From assembly GCA_026395915.1 (NCBI GenBank), contig JAPLXU010000012.1, forward strand, positions 8,996 to 72,995: a DNA stretch of 64,000 nucleotides, in the 5' to 3' direction. The position numbers were made by a program, and so were the translations under genes. The notes under the pieces were generated by a model. The model did not search any database. It saw nothing but the letters and a program-made list of their open reading frames with translations, and was not told where the DNA came from. Positions 10,008 to 18,597 of this stretch are shown piece by piece. Within the stretch, counting starts at the first letter, position 1; every line of letters starts with the position of its first letter. The DNA comes from Candidatus Nomurabacteria bacterium (GTDB taxonomy: Bacteria > Patescibacteriota > Minisyncoccia > Phycocordibacterales > UBA9973).

Positions 10008-12905
10008 ATGATATCCCGGATATATGTGATGCCTAAGAAGATTGAGAATAAGGCAGATTCGTATCTTATCGACTCGAAATTATCCAAAAAAGAGCTTCAA
10101 AAACTCGCTGAGGCTCTCGCGAATCCCATTTTAGAAAATTATTATATCGATAGCTTTCCGACAAAAGAACTTTCTTTGAAATTTTCTTATGCGATTGAGA
10201 TAGGATTTTTACCAGGTGTCACAGACAATGTCGGCCAAACAGTCAAAGAAATTGCGACCGATCTTTTTCACTTGAAAAAAAGTTCTGATTTTCACGTTTA
10301 CACTTCTAAAATTCTGTTTGTTGAGTCAAACAAACTTGCTGATGCTCAAAAAATAGCTATGACTCTACATAATCCGCTTATCGAGAGAGCTTTTATCGCG
10401 AAAGTAGAAAATAAAAGTATGAGTTTGCCTATGAAAGCTCCAAAAGTGGTTCTCGAAAAAAAGAAGCCGGTCATAAATGTATTGTTTGAAGTCGAAGACG
10501 AAGAACTCATAAAAATCGGCAGGGAAGGAATAATGGACGAAAACGGCGGACGCAGAGGGCCACTCGCGCTTGATCTAGACTCGATGAAAGTTATCAAAAC
10601 GCATTTTGAAAAATTAAAAAGAAATCCGACGGATATCGAATTGGAATCTCTAGCGCAAACTTGGTCTGAACATTGCAAACACACGATTTTTGCTAATCCG
10701 ATAGACGATATTAAAGATGGTTTGTATAAAACTTATATAAAGGGAGCGACAAATTTGATACGTGAGAAAAAAGGAAAAAAAGATTTTTGTGTCTCTGTTT
10801 TCAGCGATAATTCTGGCGGAATAGTTTTTGATGACGATTATCTAATCACTCACAAAGTCGAGACGCACAATAGTCCTTCGGCCCTTGATCCCTTCGGCGG
10901 AGCGATCACAGGAATCGTCGGAGTCAATCGCGACACGATCGGTTTCGGTTTGGGCGCCAAGCCTGTGGCAAATGTTTACGGATTTTGTTTTGGTTTTCCC
11001 GATGATGAAAGAAAATTTTTTAGAGATAAAAATTTAACACAGCCTATGCTTTCGTCGAGAAGAATTATTGACGGGGTGATAAAAGGCATCAACGTCGGAG
11101 GCAATTGTTCCGGTATACCGACCCTCTCCGGTTTTGTAAAATTTGATGATCGTTATCGGGGAAAGCCTTTGGTATTTGCCGGAACTGTTGGTTTGATCCC
11201 AAGAAAATTAAATGGGAGAGAAATGCACGAAAAAAGAGCTCGAGCGGGGGATTACATTGTCGTCGTAGGCGGTAGAGTCGGCAAAGATGGCATTCATGGA
11301 GCAACTTTTTCTTCTGTTGTTATGGATTCGAATTCTCCGGCGACCGCAGTGCAAATAGGCGACCCGATCACTCAGAAAAAATTAAGCGATGCCATAGTCA
11401 AAGAGGCGCGCGATTTAGATTTGTATAACAGCATCACGGACAACGGCGCAGGTGGACTTTCTTGTTCCGTGGCGGAAATGGCAAAAGAATGCGGTGGCGC
11501 GAAAGTTTTTTTGGATAAAGCTCCACTCAAATATCCCGGCCTTCAGCCATGGGAAATTTGGATTTCAGAATCCCAAGAGCGGATGACCTTATCAGTTCCG
11601 AAAGGAAAATGGGGAAAGTTTCAAAAATTGATGGAAAGCCGAGGCGTAGAAGCGACTGTGATTGGAGAATTCACAAATTCAGGAAAATGTATTGTCGAGT
11701 GGAAAGGCAAAGTTATAATGAATATTGACCTTGAATTTTTGCATAATGGTTTGCCGAAACACAATTTAATTACTAGTTCTGTCATGCAGACCCCTCCCAA
11801 CCCTCCCCTTATCAAGGGGAGGGCGAAGGGTGAGATGTACACAAAAATTTTTGAAAATTTACTTGCAGACAAAAATATCAGCGGATTTTCTTTCATCTCT
11901 GAGCAATATGATCATGAAGTACAAGGGTCTTCAGTATTAAAACCACTCTCTGGTCCTGGCAAGATAAACACCGACGCGCAAGTCTTTTGTCCTGTTCTTA
12001 ATTCTAAAAAAGGAGTCGTTCTTTCATCTGGAATTTGTCCTTCGTATGGAGACGTCAGTACGTACCACATGGCAACTTGCGCGCTCGATACTGCCGTACG
12101 AAATGCTATTGCTTGCGGTGGGACTCTTTCTCATTTAGCAATTTTGGATAATTTTTGTTGGTGTTCATCTAATGATCAAAAGCGTTTGGCTCAACTTGTA
12201 GAATCTGTGAAAGCTTGTTACGACGGAGCCGTAAGTTATGGTACTCCGTTTATTTCGGGCAAGGATAGCATGTTCAACGACTTCAAGGGTTATGACGAGA
12301 AAGGTAATCCTGTTGCTATTTCTATTCCGCCAACTTTACTTATTTCCGCTATTAGCGTTATGCCTGATATCTATAAAACTGTTTCACCTGAATTTAAAAA
12401 TAGCGGAGACGCGATTTATCTGTTGGGAGAAACGCACGACGAGCTCGGTGTTCCAAAAGTTGATTTTGAAAAAAATTTAAAAACATATTTAGCTCTTGAG
12501 AAGGCGATTCAGAAAGAATTAGTAGCTTCTTCGATTTCTATAACTTCAGGAGGATTTGCTGTAGCGCTTGCTAAAGCATGTGTTGGGGGAATGTTAGGCT
12601 GTAAAGTTTCCTTAAACCAGATAGCGCTTAAAGCGCTATCTGTGGAAACTAAACTTTTTTCTGAAAGTCAGGGCAGAATCTTAGTATCGGTGTCCCTGAA
12701 AAAGACTAAACAATTCGAAAAACTTTGCGCAAGTGTTGCTTTTACGAAACTGGGAAAAACTAATAAAAGTCCTGCCCGCAATGCTTTGCATAACAATGCA
12801 GGCGGGGGTAGAATCACAATAATGGATGGCAAAGATAAAATAGTCGAAACGAACGTCAAAAAACTTCATAAAATTTATCACAATTTTTCGGACGAAATGA
12901 AATAA
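10008..12905 (+). CDS. purL: phosphoribosylformylglycinamidine synthase, PurS-PurL fusion (FGAM synthase II with N-terminal tandem PurS-like domains)
   Basis: N-terminal PurS-like signatures ('LANPILENYYI' and 'LHNPLIERAFI'), then the PurL core with 'HNSPSALDPFGGAITGIVGVNRD'. 965 aa. Carries two in-frame GC-rich inserts (11788-11836 and 12771-12808). Confidence 0.85.
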   Translation: MISRIYVMPKKIENKADSYLIDSKLSKKELQKLAEALANPILENYYIDSFPTKELSLKFSYAIEIGFLPGVTDNVGQTVKEIATDLFHLKKSSDFHVYTSKILFVESNKLADAQKIAMTLHNPLIERAFIAKVENKSMSLPMKAPKVVLEKKKPVINVLFEVEDEELIKIGREGIMDENGGRRGPLALDLDSMKVIKTHFEKLKRNPTDIELESLAQTWSEHCKHTIFANPIDDIKDGLYKTYIKGATNLIREKKGKKDFCVSVFSDNSGGIVFDDDYLITHKVETHNSPSALDPFGGAITGIVGVNRDTIGFGLGAKPVANVYGFCFGFPDDERKFFRDKNLTQPMLSSRRIIDGVIKGINVGGNCSGIPTLSGFVKFDDRYRGKPLVFAGTVGLIPRKLNGREMHEKRARAGDYIVVVGGRVGKDGIHGATFSSVVMDSNSPATAVQIGDPITQKKLSDAIVKEARDLDLYNSITDNGAGGLSCSVAEMAKECGGAKVFLDKAPLKYPGLQPWEIWISESQERMTLSVPKGKWGKFQKLMESRGVEATVIGEFTNSGKCIVEWKGKVIMNIDLEFLHNGLPKHNLITSSVMQTPPNPPLIKGRAKGEMYTKIFENLLADKNISGFSFISEQYDHEVQGSSVLKPLSGPGKINTDAQVFCPVLNSKKGVVLSSGICPSYGDVSTYHMATCALDTAVRNAIACGGTLSHLAILDNFCWCSSNDQKRLAQLVESVKACYDGAVSYGTPFISGKDSMFNDFKGYDEKGNPVAISIPPTLLISAISVMPDIYKTVSPEFKNSGDAIYLLGETHDELGVPKVDFEKNLKTYLALEKAIQKELVASSISITSGGFAVALAKACVGGMLGCKVSLNQIALKALSVETKLFSESQGRILVSVSLKKTKQFEKLCASVAFTKLGKTNKSPARNALHNNAGGGRITIMDGKDKIVETNVKKLHKIYHNFSDEMK

Positions 12906-12960
12906 TAAATAAAACAATACTCAAACTTAGCGATAGCAGAATTTGAGTATAGATAATAAA

Positions 12961-14625
12961 ATGGATCAAGAAATAAAAAATTGTAAACAATGTAAAAAAG
13001 ATTTCGTCATTGAGCCGGACGATTTTGGATTCTATGAAAAAATGAAGGTGCCTCCTCCTGTTTTTTGTCCTGAATGCCGACAACAACAGAGAATACTTCA
13101 TCGAAATTTCAAAACTTTATACAAAAGACCTTCGAGCAAGTCCGGTGAAATGATTATTTCAATGTACAATCCCGACGTTCCTTTTCCTGTCTATGACATT
13201 TCCGAGTGGTGGGGAGACGATTGGGAAGCCTCGTCATACGCGATGGATTTGGATTTATCCATTCCTTTCGTAAAACAAATGGATGAGCTTTTCAAAAAAG
13301 TTCCCCATTTCTCCTTGATGAACACCAAAAGCACGAATTGCGAATATTCAAACATGACTTTGCGTTCAAATAATTGCTATCTGATCTTTGGATGCATTGA
13401 CGATGAAAACTGCGATTACGGCCATATCGTCTGGAGTTCTACCGATTGCACCGACAACTTATATGTTTATAAATGCGAGCTTTGTTACGAATGCATGGAT
13501 TGCATTGGATCTAATAGATTGATTTATTCTGAGGAATGCGAAGCATGTGTCGACTCTATCGGTCTTTTTGATTGTCGTGGTTGTACTAATTGCATAGGTT
13601 GTGTCGGTTTGCGACAGCAGTCTCACAAAATTTTCAATCAACCTGTCACAAAAGAAGAATATCAAGAATTTCTACGCAACTATCCGCTCAATAAAAAAGA
13701 AAGCATAGAATATATTTTGGAAAAAAGGGAGGAACTCAGAAAAAAAATTCCGACTCGCGCGGTTTACGGTTCGCATAATACAAATGTTTCCGGAGATCAT
13801 ATATACAATGCTCACAATGTTCATTATTCTTTTGATATAAAAGGCGGAGAGAATAGTAAATTTTGTTTCACGGCAAAAGAAAATAACGAAGTTTATGATG
13901 GGTCTTTTACTATTGAAAATGAATTCAGTTATCAAATTTTAACTTGCGCCAATAGTCATAACGTGTTTTTTTCACATCTTTTAACTGATTGTAATGAGGG
14001 ATACTATTCCCAATTCTGCTTTAATTCAAAAAATATTTTCGGCTGTATGGGCTTGAGAAATAAGCAATATTGCATTTTGAATAAACAGTACACAAAAGAA
14101 GAATATGAAAAACTTATGCCACAAATCATTGAAAATATGAAAAAAACCGGAGACTGGGGCAATTTCTTTCCGATTTGGATGAGTCCATTCGCGTACAACG
14201 AATCAATCACAAATGAATATATGCCATTAACAAAAAAACAGGCGTTGGATCAAGGTTTTTCTTGGCGAGACGATATTCCAAGTACGACAGGAAAAGAAAA
14301 CTGCGCTTATGAAGACTTACCAAAAGATCCGAAAGAATACAGTGATGAAAAACTTTTGGATAAAATTTTGAAATGCGAGTCTTGCGGGAAAAATTACCGC
14401 TTCATATCTAGGGAAATTGGTTTCTATAAGAGAATGGGCTTGGCGCTTCCGTCGAAATGTTCCAATTGTCGCCATCAGAGACGAATGGATACTCGTAATA
14501 AAAGGGAATTGAATGATTCAACTTGCGCGTCGTGTGGTATTGAAATCGAGACTACTTTTTCAAAAGAAAAGCAAGAAGTATATAAAATTTACTGCGAGAA
14601 ATGTTATCAAAGAGAAATATACTAA
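12961..14625 (+). CDS. cysteine-rich protein, paralogue 1 of a 4-member family (duplicated N/C-terminal zinc-ribbon-like modules plus internal CxxCxxCxxC repeats)
   Basis: The ATG at 12961 is preferred over the TTG at 12943 because it aligns with the paralogue N-termini (..C-x2-C-KKDF-I-E-DDF-FYEK-VP-P-FCP-CR..). Ends ..YCEKCYQREIY. Confidence 0.7.
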   Translation: MDQEIKNCKQCKKDFVIEPDDFGFYEKMKVPPPVFCPECRQQQRILHRNFKTLYKRPSSKSGEMIISMYNPDVPFPVYDISEWWGDDWEASSYAMDLDLSIPFVKQMDELFKKVPHFSLMNTKSTNCEYSNMTLRSNNCYLIFGCIDDENCDYGHIVWSSTDCTDNLYVYKCELCYECMDCIGSNRLIYSEECEACVDSIGLFDCRGCTNCIGCVGLRQQSHKIFNQPVTKEEYQEFLRNYPLNKKESIEYILEKREELRKKIPTRAVYGSHNTNVSGDHIYNAHNVHYSFDIKGGENSKFCFTAKENNEVYDGSFTIENEFSYQILTCANSHNVFFSHLLTDCNEGYYSQFCFNSKNIFGCMGLRNKQYCILNKQYTKEEYEKLMPQIIENMKKTGDWGNFFPIWMSPFAYNESITNEYMPLTKKQALDQGFSWRDDIPSTTGKENCAYEDLPKDPKEYSDEKLLDKILKCESCGKNYRFISREIGFYKRMGLALPSKCSNCRHQRRMDTRNKRELNDSTCASCGIEIETTFSKEKQEVYKIYCEKCYQREIY

Positions 14626-14664
14626 AACATATTTCAGCTATAGCGTAAATGTGTAAATCGGAAA

Positions 14665-16410
14665 ATGAAAGAAGAAAATGAAAACAGAATATGCCAGAAC
14701 TGTAAAAAAGACTTTATCATTGAGTCGGATGATTTTCGATTTTATGAAAAGATTAAAATGCCTGCGCCGACTTTTTGTCCCAATTGTAGATTTCAAAGAC
14801 GGCTGCTTTTTAGAAATAACAGAGTTTTTTACAGACGAGAATGTGCTTTGTGTAGAAAGTCGCTATTAAGTGTTTATAATACAGAAAGGCCGTACATAAT
14901 TTATTGTCGTGATTGTTGGTTTTCAGATAAATGGGATCCAATGAGTTACGGACGTGAATATGATTTTTCTGTTCCATTTTTAAACCAATTTCGATCCTTA
15001 CAGTCAAAAGTTCCGAAGGCTAATCTTAATCAAACCAATTTTATTTCAAGTGATTATTGTAACTATGGTTACGATTTTAGAGAATGTTATTTATTGTTTG
15101 GAGGAAAAAATAATGAAAGAGTCTATTTTGGTAACCAAATTTTAGATTCTCGTGATTCGTTGGATATGTCTTTTTCTGAAAAAATAGAATTGAGCTATGA
15201 AAATTTAGAATGCCAAAGAGTAAATAAACTATTATTCGGCTTTTATTCCACAGACTGTGTTGAAAGCTCTTATTTAATTGATTGTAAAAATTGCATGAAC
15301 TGTTTCGGTTGCGTTGGGCTAGTAAATAAACAATATTGTATTTTTAATGAACAATACACGAAAGAAGAATATAAAAAATTTATAAATTCGAATGATGCTG
15401 GCAGTTTTAAAAATCATCAGAAATTTCTTGGAAAATTGCAAGAGCTAAAGTTAACTATGCCACATCGTTATGCTCGTATTTATAAATCAGTCAATTCTGA
15501 TGGAGACGATCTGTCGGAAGTCAGAAACACACATAATTCTTTTAGTTCCCATAAAGTAGAAAATTCAAAATATTTATTTTTTTGCAGAAATGGAACGAAA
15601 GATTGTTATGATACTTCGTTTCAAGGTTATAATGCTGAACTTCTTTATGAAATTGCCCACGGTTTTGGTGGATCAAATGGAGCTTTTGGTGTCAGAAACT
15701 TTAATAATCAAAATACATGTTACGTTGATGAATGCCAAAATTGCCTAAATGTTTTTGGCTGTGAAGGTCTCACAAAAAAACAATACTGCATTTTAAACAA
15801 ACAATACACGAAAGAGGAATATGAAGAACTTGTCCCGAAAATTATAAAACACATGAGCGATATGCCTTATATTGATCAAAAAGGCAGAGTTTATAAATAT
15901 GGAGAATTTTTCCCGAACGATCTGTCTCCATTTGCTTATAACGAAAGTATAGTGCAAGAATATTTTCCATTAACTAAAGAAGAAGCTTTGAAACATGGGT
16001 ATATGTGGAAAGATAGTGCGACAAGAAATTATAAAATAGATATTGAAAATGAGGATATACCAGATAATATTAAAGATGTTGAAGATGGTATAATAAACAA
16101 AGTGATTGCTTGTGAACATCATGGTAAATGTAAAGATCAGTGTACCGAAGCATTCAAAATCATTCCAGAAGAATTTAAATTTTACAAGAGAATGAATCTG
16201 CCCTTGCCGAGATTATGCCCAAATTGTCGACATTATCAGCGTTTAAAGTTTAGAAACCCTCTCAATCTCTGGCATAGAAAATGTATGTGTGACAGAAATA
16301 ACCATTTTCACGGACAGGATAAATGCGAAGTGGAATTTGAAACAAGTTATGCGCCGGATCGCCCAGAGATAGTTTACTGTGAAAAATGTTATCAGCAAGA
16401 AATTTATTAA
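14665..16410 (+). CDS. cysteine-rich protein, paralogue 2 (tandem with paralogue 1)
   Basis: 581 aa. Same architecture and the same C-terminus (..YCEKCYQQEIY). Contains the 'QYCILNKQYTKEEY' repeats. Confidence 0.7.
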   Translation: MKEENENRICQNCKKDFIIESDDFRFYEKIKMPAPTFCPNCRFQRRLLFRNNRVFYRRECALCRKSLLSVYNTERPYIIYCRDCWFSDKWDPMSYGREYDFSVPFLNQFRSLQSKVPKANLNQTNFISSDYCNYGYDFRECYLLFGGKNNERVYFGNQILDSRDSLDMSFSEKIELSYENLECQRVNKLLFGFYSTDCVESSYLIDCKNCMNCFGCVGLVNKQYCIFNEQYTKEEYKKFINSNDAGSFKNHQKFLGKLQELKLTMPHRYARIYKSVNSDGDDLSEVRNTHNSFSSHKVENSKYLFFCRNGTKDCYDTSFQGYNAELLYEIAHGFGGSNGAFGVRNFNNQNTCYVDECQNCLNVFGCEGLTKKQYCILNKQYTKEEYEELVPKIIKHMSDMPYIDQKGRVYKYGEFFPNDLSPFAYNESIVQEYFPLTKEEALKHGYMWKDSATRNYKIDIENEDIPDNIKDVEDGIINKVIACEHHGKCKDQCTEAFKIIPEEFKFYKRMNLPLPRLCPNCRHYQRLKFRNPLNLWHRKCMCDRNNHFHGQDKCEVEFETSYAPDRPEIVYCEKCYQQEIY

Positions 16411-16422
16411 GTAATTTAAAAA

Positions 16423-17199
16423 ATGAAAAGCAAAAAACCAAAAATCATAATTTTATCCGGCTATGGACTAAATTGCGAAGAAGAAACGAAGTTCGCTTTT
16501 GAATCGGCGGGAGGGGAAGCAGACATCGTGCATATCAATGATCTCATCGCCAAACCGAAAATGCTCTCCAAATATCAAATCTTGGTTTTTCCGGGTGGGT
16601 TTTCTTATGGCGACGATACGGGTAGCGGAAAAGCTTACGCTAATAAACTAAAAAATCACTTATCAAAAGAGCTCGCAGAATTTTTGTCACGCGACACTCT
16701 CGCGATAGGCATTTGCAATGGATTTCAAATAATGACTAATCTCGGAATTCTGCCCAGAGCGTTAGCCCACAACAAGAACGGAAAGTACATTGATAGGTGG
16801 GTGGATTTAGAAACCCATTCTGCAAGGCAAGACCTTGCAGAAAGTCCATGGTTAAAAGGTATTGAGAAGATATCTCTTCCGATAGCGCATGGCGAAGGGC
16901 ACTACGTCGCTTCTAAAAAAGATTATGAGAATTTGAAAAAGAATAATCAAATAGCTTTCACTTATGCAAAAGGGGAGATTTACAAATTTCAAAATCTGGA
17001 ATACAATCCAAATGGTTCTGACTATGACATCGCAGGAGTTTTGGCATATAATGGGAGAGTCCTCGGAATGATGCCTCATCCGGAGCGAGCAATGTTTTCG
17101 CATCAGAGTCCTTTGTGGTATAAAAACAAAAAAGTATCGAAGGAAGGCGCAGGTTTGCAGATTTTTAAAAACGCAGTTAATTATTTTTTGAAAAAATAA
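16423..17199 (+). CDS. purQ: phosphoribosylformylglycinamidine synthase I, glutaminase subunit
   Basis: Class-I glutamine amidotransferase with 'AIGICNGFQ' catalytic Cys. Placed between purL and purF. Confidence 0.8.
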   Translation: MKSKKPKIIILSGYGLNCEEETKFAFESAGGEADIVHINDLIAKPKMLSKYQILVFPGGFSYGDDTGSGKAYANKLKNHLSKELAEFLSRDTLAIGICNGFQIMTNLGILPRALAHNKNGKYIDRWVDLETHSARQDLAESPWLKGIEKISLPIAHGEGHYVASKKDYENLKKNNQIAFTYAKGEIYKFQNLEYNPNGSDYDIAGVLAYNGRVLGMMPHPERAMFSHQSPLWYKNKKVSKEGAGLQIFKNAVNYFLKK

Positions 17200-18597
17200 A
17201 TGAGCGAGTTGAGAGAAAAATGCGGAATAGTCGGCATATACGGAAAAAATTTGCCAGTATCAAAGCTAGCCTTTTTTAGTCTTTTCGCTTTGCAACACAG
17301 AGGACAGGAAGCTTCTGGTATAACAACTAGCGACGGAAAAAAGCTTCACAGCCATAAAGGCGTGGGGCTTGTGTCTCAAGTTTATGAAAAAAAAGACATG
17401 GAGAATTTAATAGGACACATAGGAATTGGACATAACAGATATTCGACTTCGGGCGGAGGAGCTCTCGATCATGCTCAACCGATTGTGAATATGGAAAACA
17501 CTTTTGCTTTGGCTCACAACGGCAACCTACCGAGCGTAAAGTCTCTCGAAAAATTTCTTTGCTCAAAAAAAGCTTTGAAAAAAAATCGCATGGATTCAGA
17601 ACTCATTACTGACGCTGTCGATTATTATATGAAAGAAGGCAACTCGCTCGCGAAATCAGTGGAAAAAGCTTTTCCTTTGATCACCGGAGCTTTTTCGCTG
17701 GTAATGATGAATAAGGACACCTTAGTCGCTGTTCGTGACTCTTTCGGAATGCGCCCGCTTGCGCTCGGCAGAATCGGCAAAGGCTATGTCGTTGCTTCGG
17801 AAACATGCGCTCTTAAAACTATTGGCGCGACATTTTCACGAGAAATAAAACCAGGTGAAATGATAGTTATAAACGAAAAAGGGATCAAAAGTATACAACT
17901 GGCAAAAAGCACTCCAAATCATGATATTTTCGAATATGTTTATTTTGCTCGTCCTGACAGTGTATTGAATGGCAAACTAATTTATGAAGTTAGAAAAAAT
18001 TTCGGTAAAATGCTTGCAAATGAATTCAAAACAAAAGTTGATATCATTGTGCCCGTACCAGATACAGCTACTCCAGTCGCGCTCGGCTACAGTGAGGCCA
18101 CCGGCATCCCGATTGAAATGGCTTTGGTAAAAAATCGTTATGTGCATAGGACTTTCATCGAGCCTGATCAAAAGTCTCGCCGACACAGCGTCGCTTTAAA
18201 GCTCATACCACTTCCGCAAATTTTGAAAGGTAAAAAGATTGCGGTTTTAGACGATTCGATTGTGAGGGGGAACACTTGTAAAAGATTAGTGGAAACATTT
18301 TTCAAAGCTGGCGCTAAAGAAGTGCATCTTTTAATTTCCTCTCCACCTATTCGTTTTCCGGATTTTTACGGTATGGATACGCCAAATCAAAATGAACTGA
18401 TAGCATCACATATGACCGTAGAGGAAATCCGCAAGTTTCTCGGCGCCACGTCGCTAAATTATCTTTCACTTGACGGATTAATAAAATCTATCGGCTTGCC
18501 AAAGGAACATCTGTCTACGTCTTGTTTTACCGGTGTTTATCCTATTCCTTTGAAAGAACGTAAAGACGAAGTGAACTATGATGTCCCAAAAGAATAA
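17200..18597 (+). CDS. purF: amidophosphoribosyltransferase
   Basis: N-terminal 'CGIVGIYG' Ntn Cys, plus the PRTase domain 'VLDDSIVRGNT'. The start abuts the purQ stop. Confidence 0.9.
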   Translation: MSELREKCGIVGIYGKNLPVSKLAFFSLFALQHRGQEASGITTSDGKKLHSHKGVGLVSQVYEKKDMENLIGHIGIGHNRYSTSGGGALDHAQPIVNMENTFALAHNGNLPSVKSLEKFLCSKKALKKNRMDSELITDAVDYYMKEGNSLAKSVEKAFPLITGAFSLVMMNKDTLVAVRDSFGMRPLALGRIGKGYVVASETCALKTIGATFSREIKPGEMIVINEKGIKSIQLAKSTPNHDIFEYVYFARPDSVLNGKLIYEVRKNFGKMLANEFKTKVDIIVPVPDTATPVALGYSEATGIPIEMALVKNRYVHRTFIEPDQKSRRHSVALKLIPLPQILKGKKIAVLDDSIVRGNTCKRLVETFFKAGAKEVHLLISSPPIRFPDFYGMDTPNQNELIASHMTVEEIRKFLGATSLNYLSLDGLIKSIGLPKEHLSTSCFTGVYPIPLKERKDEVNYDVPKE

